NCBI RefSeq assembly: GCF_009914755.1
Contig: NC_060925.1
Length of the DNA: 64,000 bases
Direction: 5' to 3' (one strand)
DNA from: the human T2T-CHM13v2.0 reference genome, Homo sapiens
In this document: positions 57,613-64,000 of the stretch, piece after piece
Layout of the letters: every line of letters begins with the position of its first letter
How positions within the stretch are numbered: the stretch's first letter is position 1
Made by a program: the position numbers and the translations under genes
Notes under the pieces: model-generated
Seen by the model: only the letters and a program-made list of their open reading frames with translations
Databases searched by the model: none
What the model was told of the DNA's origin: nothing

Positions 57613-58226
57613 TGCTTGATTCTGCCCACAGCCTTCTTCGAGGGGCTTGTCCGACCCAAGATTATGCCAGGCAGTTCAGTTTGACTGTGGGGAGTATTGG
57701 TAAGAAGTAATGACCATGGATTTTTGCATTCGAATAATTGGGAAAATAATTAGGGGATTTTGGAGGTTTCATCATACCCCTTGTAAAGCAGACTCAAACC
57801 AAAATTCAATTATCAATTGACTTGTACAACTTGCTGTGTCAAATATGAACCTGTGTTCCTGTTCAAACAGGAACTCAGTTATTCTATAGCATATAGGACT
57901 TTGATTATCAGTAACAAAAAAAATCTAAAGTTAGTTAAAGCAAAAGAGGTGTTTATTTTTAAAATATAGAGGTAGCTTACAGAATGTACTGGAAGCAGTA
58001 TGGTGGGTCTCAGTTGGGAAGGATTTTGGAGCTATAAATTAAAATTGGAGCCATAAACTAAGAAGGATTCTGTGAATCTCATATTTGTCTGTCTTTGTAT
58101 TTCTGTTGCAGACTTCTCCCTTTCCAGGCTTCTCCTCTGCTTCTCAGACCGCATGGCAGATACCTAAGTTTATATAATCCCATTCAACACACTAGCCTAG
58201 AAGAAACTAGAATGCCTTCTGTTCAA

Positions 58227-58524
<298 letters not shown>

Positions 58525-58866
58525 CCTTCTGTTCAATTTCTAGGGAAGAAACCATTACTCTAAGTTGGAGACAAGTACAAAATTATTGGAGTCTTACCTC
58601 ATAAGGTGAAGTTAGTTTGTTTTACTTTGGGAGTTTGTTGTGAGCTGAAAAATCAACCCAAAAGATGTAATTCCTAAAGTACTGTTCTCTATATAAACCA
58701 CCTAAGCCTTTTCCTCCAAGGCTGGTATTGTGAATTCAGATATTTTTTGTTTGTTTTAAGTCGCAGAATTCTCTATCTTAATTCTAACAATGCTTTATCT
58801 GTCATGATACAACTATAGAAAATATCATTAGTTTTTCTTATTAGTGCCATACCAATATTAGTGAGG

Positions 58867-59351
<485 letters not shown>

Positions 59352-60454
59352 TGAGGCTATCTCAGATCTAATGTTAAGGCCTAAGCAATGCCTATCCCTG
59401 TCTCTCACTAGAATTATGGACATGTCCGTTGGTATCTTCTGTAATGATCAGAAGCCGTGTAAAATTGTTTCTGTTCGATATAACTTGTCTCTTGATATCA
59501 TCACGACTCAAGTGTGTTTAGTCCTATTTGACTGGTTCTCTGGTTGTAATTGCCTCTTTTTCTGTGGTTGATTTCTCAGACATTTTGTTTCCTCCTTTTA
59601 TCTTGTGGGTTTGAATTTGGGAAATATTTCTAATCATAGAGGCAAACAAATGACTCTCAACCTATTAGCTGCCACACTTCAAACCTTTGCTCTCTGTGTC
59701 ATGATTCCTGTATCACAACTTCAACTGTAGCTGCAGCAAATTTGTAACTGAAATTTTGGAAGAAAAAACAAAAGCAAAAAAAGATACCTTTTCAATACAA
59801 AAAAAAATACTATCTTCAGTCTATGTTTCTTTCCTGTGATTGAGATTTGAGTTCCACCAAGAGTCCCTGTGATCACTGTCCCTGCACAGGGTTCATCTAT
59901 CACCTTGAGGGGCTGTATATGAGCTGCAGTGAACTTCCTGTTAGTCTGCCTGGAGCCTAATGCTTCACTGTGTAAACCATCTTCCATCCTCCTTCATTAA
60001 TTCTTTAGTTTTCCATTTTCCTGCGTGGGGCAAAATAATGCTTTTGTGTACAGACTTTCTGCTTTAGCTTCAGTAGAATCAAACCATTGCACTGTTACTG
60101 AACCAAAGACAGCAAAAGTAAGAACTGCCTTACTAACTACATCAGAGACATCAATCCTTTATGTTCATGTCAGAATACTTCTGCCTCAGGCTCCCTTGGG
60201 CAAGTCTGACCCCATTTGCAGTTGTTTCTGGTTCCCCTGTGGAGATGGGCCTCACTGTTTAATGTTTAACAAATGTTCTACAACACAGGGGTCCAGCTGC
60301 AACATTTTCTCTAATCAGAGTGATGTCATAGCTTTGCTCCCAAAGCTGCATTCCCTATGGAGGATGGTCTGCTTGTGCTTGCTCTGCTTCTGCTAAGACC
60401 AGGCATCCTCGTGGATCAGGGTCTAGAGTGCCTGAGGCTATAGGGCTTCTAGTA

Positions 60455-60760
60455 CTTGAAGGGCTTTTTTGGAGAAAAAGGAAATAGACAGAGTTTAGTA
60501 GGTCTAAAGGGTAGAACTGGGACCAATGAGTAAATGTTATAAGAAGGTAGGATTAAATTCAACCTAAGAAAACATTGAATAATGAATTAGATGTGTCTAA
60601 CAATACAGTGGCCCTTGTGGGTTCCTTGTCACTGTGATTGATCAAAAAGAAGACAGATAAACAATAGTTAGAGAGAAGAGGAGGGGATTATTTCATTGGT
60701 GACCATATTGGGCTAGATCACTTCTAAGGGTCCTTGAAGTTTTAGGATTTTAATAATTTC
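60455..60760 (+). mobile_element. L3/CR1 3' end
   Basis: gggtagaactgggaccaatgagtaaatgttataagaaggtagg...gttccttgtcactg...ctaagggtccttg. Confidence 0.65.
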
Positions 60761-60770
60761 ATCTTAAGGA

Positions 60771-60890
60771 CTTTTTTCTTCCTTTCTTTCTTCTCTCTCT
60801 CCCCTGTTTCTTCCTTTCTTTCCCACCTTCATTCCTTGTTTCTTCCCTTCCTTCCTCCTTTTCTTTTTTTTTCTTTCTTCCTTTCTTATT
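60771..60890. repeat. CT-rich polypyrimidine tract
   Basis: direct reading of the sequence. Confidence 0.85.
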
Positions 60891-61989
60891 TTTAAATAAA
60901 TTTAACTGTTTGAAATTAAATTATACTCAAAGGTAGTATAATTGACTTCAAAATCAGCAGAAAAAGCAATGGTTGAATGCCTTTTTCTTCCTTTTTTTCT
61001 TTTTCCCCTTTTCTTTCTAAAGAAGTCAACATAAGCTTATAAAGTGAATGATCCTATTCTCAGAATATTTTACTTTCAGGATTTTTATTAATTTTGATAC
61101 TTATAGCCAGTGGAAGAAAGCACACTAGTCTTTGAACTCCAGAGCTGTCAGTTGTCTTCCATAACCTCAGTGCTGAGGTTTTGACATCAGTTTTCACCAC
61201 TTCATCACAGCTGAAAGTGCGAACAGTTACCCTTAAGATCTTTCCTAGTTAGGAAACACTCGCCTGCAAGTGTAGCTGCGCTTTTCCTCATAGAAATTCA
61301 GATTAGTAGATTATCTTTTAAGCTTCCCATTACAGAACTAGTACAGAGCCTGCTTAGTGAAGAGCTCCTATTTTAGAAGTTTGCCTTCCACCAAATTGGT
61401 GGAAATTAAAAAAATACCCTGATTTCTGTTTTTTTCTGCCAGTGTGTTTCGCTTTTCACTGCCGGCTTCCACATCTTAATTCAGGCCAATTAGTTCAGAT
61501 CACAGTGCTTATCATTGACTTCCCCAGGACGATATACTATCCCCCAGCATTCAAAAGTTGATACAACCTACAGCCTTGGGTGTAACACTTTATTTGTAGG
61601 ACAGCAGAGTGGTAGTGATCAAGCAGTGTCAAGTAAAGACCCTTCGGTATTTATCTTTACTTTTTTTTTCTTCTGGAAAAGAGTAAATACATTTTATTTG
61701 CCAAACACACTATGTTGATCTGCAGAACCAAAACAGCTTTGAAGAAACAGTCCTTGGAACTCAGCATTTTGCCAAGTTGGAGGGTGTTGAGCAGAGTTAG
61801 GGCTATCTATTGTTTATATTTCACTACTTAGAGTTCCAAATTAGCACACATCCAACAACTGTTTTACCAGTATTTTACAGATCCTCTTAATTAAATTAAA
61901 TTGCTTTCCAGCTACTCTGACATATCAATCTTTTTCTTAGGGAAAAAAAAACCACAGCTTGTGATCTATATCTGCACATTTCTAGGTAA

Positions 61990-62300
61990 CATCTCTTTTG
62001 GAAGGTTCACTGGCATCATCTTATGCTTAACAAGTCTGCAACAAAACTCACGACCTTCCTTAATCTGCCACTTTCCAGACCTCTCCATTCCAGTAAATAG
62101 CACTTCTTCTTCCTTTACACTCATTTAAAGTACCCTGATCTTTAATTCATAACATTCAATATAATTTGTAAGTTTGTGCGTGTATACACGTGTGTGCGTG
62201 ATTATTTTTTAATGCTCATTTCCCTACTAGGTTATAATATCTATGAGAGCAAATGCCTGGAACACAGTAGGCTGTCAATAAAAGTTCACTGAATAGTATA
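61990..62300 (+). mobile_element. L2 fragments
   Basis: tgcctggaacacagtaggctgtcaataaaagttcactgaat tail. Confidence 0.6.
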
Positions 62301-64000
62301 AATATAAAGTTGTGCCACAGTTTATTAACTATTAACCAAAAATTATTACCTGTAACTCACCCTGCTTTTGAACTTGTCAAACTGTGTAATTTAATAAAAA
62401 CACACTATCTCGAACAAATCCTTAATGAACATGATGATTCATTGTAAGATACTACAATTCCTCTTTAAAAAAATTTAGAATTCAGAGAGAGTTCCCATAA
62501 CTTCTACTAGTTCTATCCTACTAGAGTACTCAGTAATTCCTAGGGTGGTGTGGTAACTCCTTGAGTTAGCAGATCTATCTATTCTAATTATATATTCAAT
62601 AGTTGGGAAATAATTAGGAACATTTGATGATTTCTCTTTACCTGTTGTAAGACAAACTCAAACCAAAATTCAACTATCATTTGACTCTTCTAACTTCCTA
62701 TTTTAATTGTATGACAACTGTGATAATTAAGATATCCAGGATTTGCTAATAAATAAGATACTGCATATGATAAACTCTGAAATGTTGAGAACTTTTTTCC
62801 CATTAATGTCACACAGGTGAGGTAAATTATGGAGGGTGAGACAAACAATAATGTAGACTAAGCTGTCTGCTGATTGATCTGGCCAACTTAATGCATTTAT
62901 CAAAGCAGGGTTCATTTGCAATATGCATACAACAGCATGCAGATCCCACAGGCTAAAACAGATTTTTGAGGTCTTTCTGAACACACAGATCAGCTGAAAT
63001 TTACTTGGCTGCTTATCATAAAAGCCATCATCATAGATCAAAATCACACTGTGAATTAGCATTACCATTTCCAACTAGAATACAAAATAAAGGTACTTAA
63101 AGATTTTTTGTTGTTGTTCGTTAACCTTTCACCCAGTGCTTTAGAATACAGTTTACGACATAGTGGATTCTCAATAAATATTTATTGCATAAATGAATAT
63201 GGCTATTGAAACAGCAATTCTTTGAGCCCACCTACTTCTGGTTCCTCTCAGTTTCATCACTGTTAGTTTAGTTTCTTTGCTTCAGTCGCAGTCTAAACCT
63301 ACATAGTATTTGGATCTTGCCCAGGTGTATATTTTACTTTTCAAGCTGGAGTTGGAGGTAGGGCAATAGGAAATGGTTAATAGGGTTTAATGTGTGACAT
63401 GCCTCTAAACCTTTCAGACTCCTCTGAGTCTTTCCATATGTCCCCAGTCCAACAGGCAGAATCTGAGATTTTGACAGTGGGAGTGAACTGGCACAACTGT
63501 ACAATTATTTGTCACAGCAGCCATTCCTCAGTCTTCTGGGGTGAGCATGGTCACTGTGAGAGGGTCATATGGTAACTGTGGTTGTGTTGTGTTTTATTTT
63601 GTTATGTTTGTAGCCTAGCAACAAAGGAAGTAACTTTATCTTATTTATTTATGTAGGTTTCCTGGAGCCAAAGTAGCATCCTGGAAATGCCACATTTCCT
63701 GATCTCTTTTATATCTTTATGTCCCATTAAAGTGGCAGCTCCTTTGAGCCTCAGTTACACTCTTCAACTCCCCAGGTATTATAAACAAGAACTTAGCTAT
63801 CATCTGTGCCACTGAGGACCACAGCCAGAAATCTGTTCGTTATCTCTTAATTTGCCTGTTCATAATCTCTTCTGAATATATAATATATAATATTATATAT
63901 TTTTTTGGGGGGGGGGTTGTATTTTTGATCCTCATTCAAACTCTGTGATAATAGTGATGTGAGTCACATGAGGCCATTTCATACAGAAAAACACTGAGGC

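Noticed and set aside
57851-57878. Small hairpin ctgtgttcctgtt-ca-aacaggaactcag
   Set aside because: An isolated 9-bp stem is plausible by chance in 64 kb; no supporting context

Overview
This 64 kb window is AT-rich, CpG-depleted, non-coding primate (human-like) genomic DNA. I find no supportable protein-coding exon, tRNA/rRNA gene, CpG island or CRISPR array, and the listed ORFs are chance or repeat-derived. A large part is transposon fossil: 12 Alus, L1/L2/L3 and MIR fragments, MaLR/ERVL/ERV9 solo LTRs and hAT DNA transposons, often nested and many with readable target-site duplications (TSDs). Repeat families were recognised by eye from remembered consensus sequences, so subfamily calls and old-repeat boundaries are approximate. 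The most unusual signal is a cluster of locally templated rearrangements at 35.8-39.8 kb. One is a ~235-nt patchwork (direct copy, fold-back and inverted copy of nearby unique DNA) inserted into an MLT1A LTR; the other is a separate ~200-nt duplication at ~94% identity. Other findings are an older ~100-nt duplication at 57.7/62.6 kb, a perfect 51-bp tandem duplication, several motif-dense candidate enhancers, some hairpins, and several + strand candidate non-coding or micro-exons. The exon candidates and repeat orientation hint that this is an intron of a + strand transcript. I cannot identify the locus, and I see no evidence of a new coding system.
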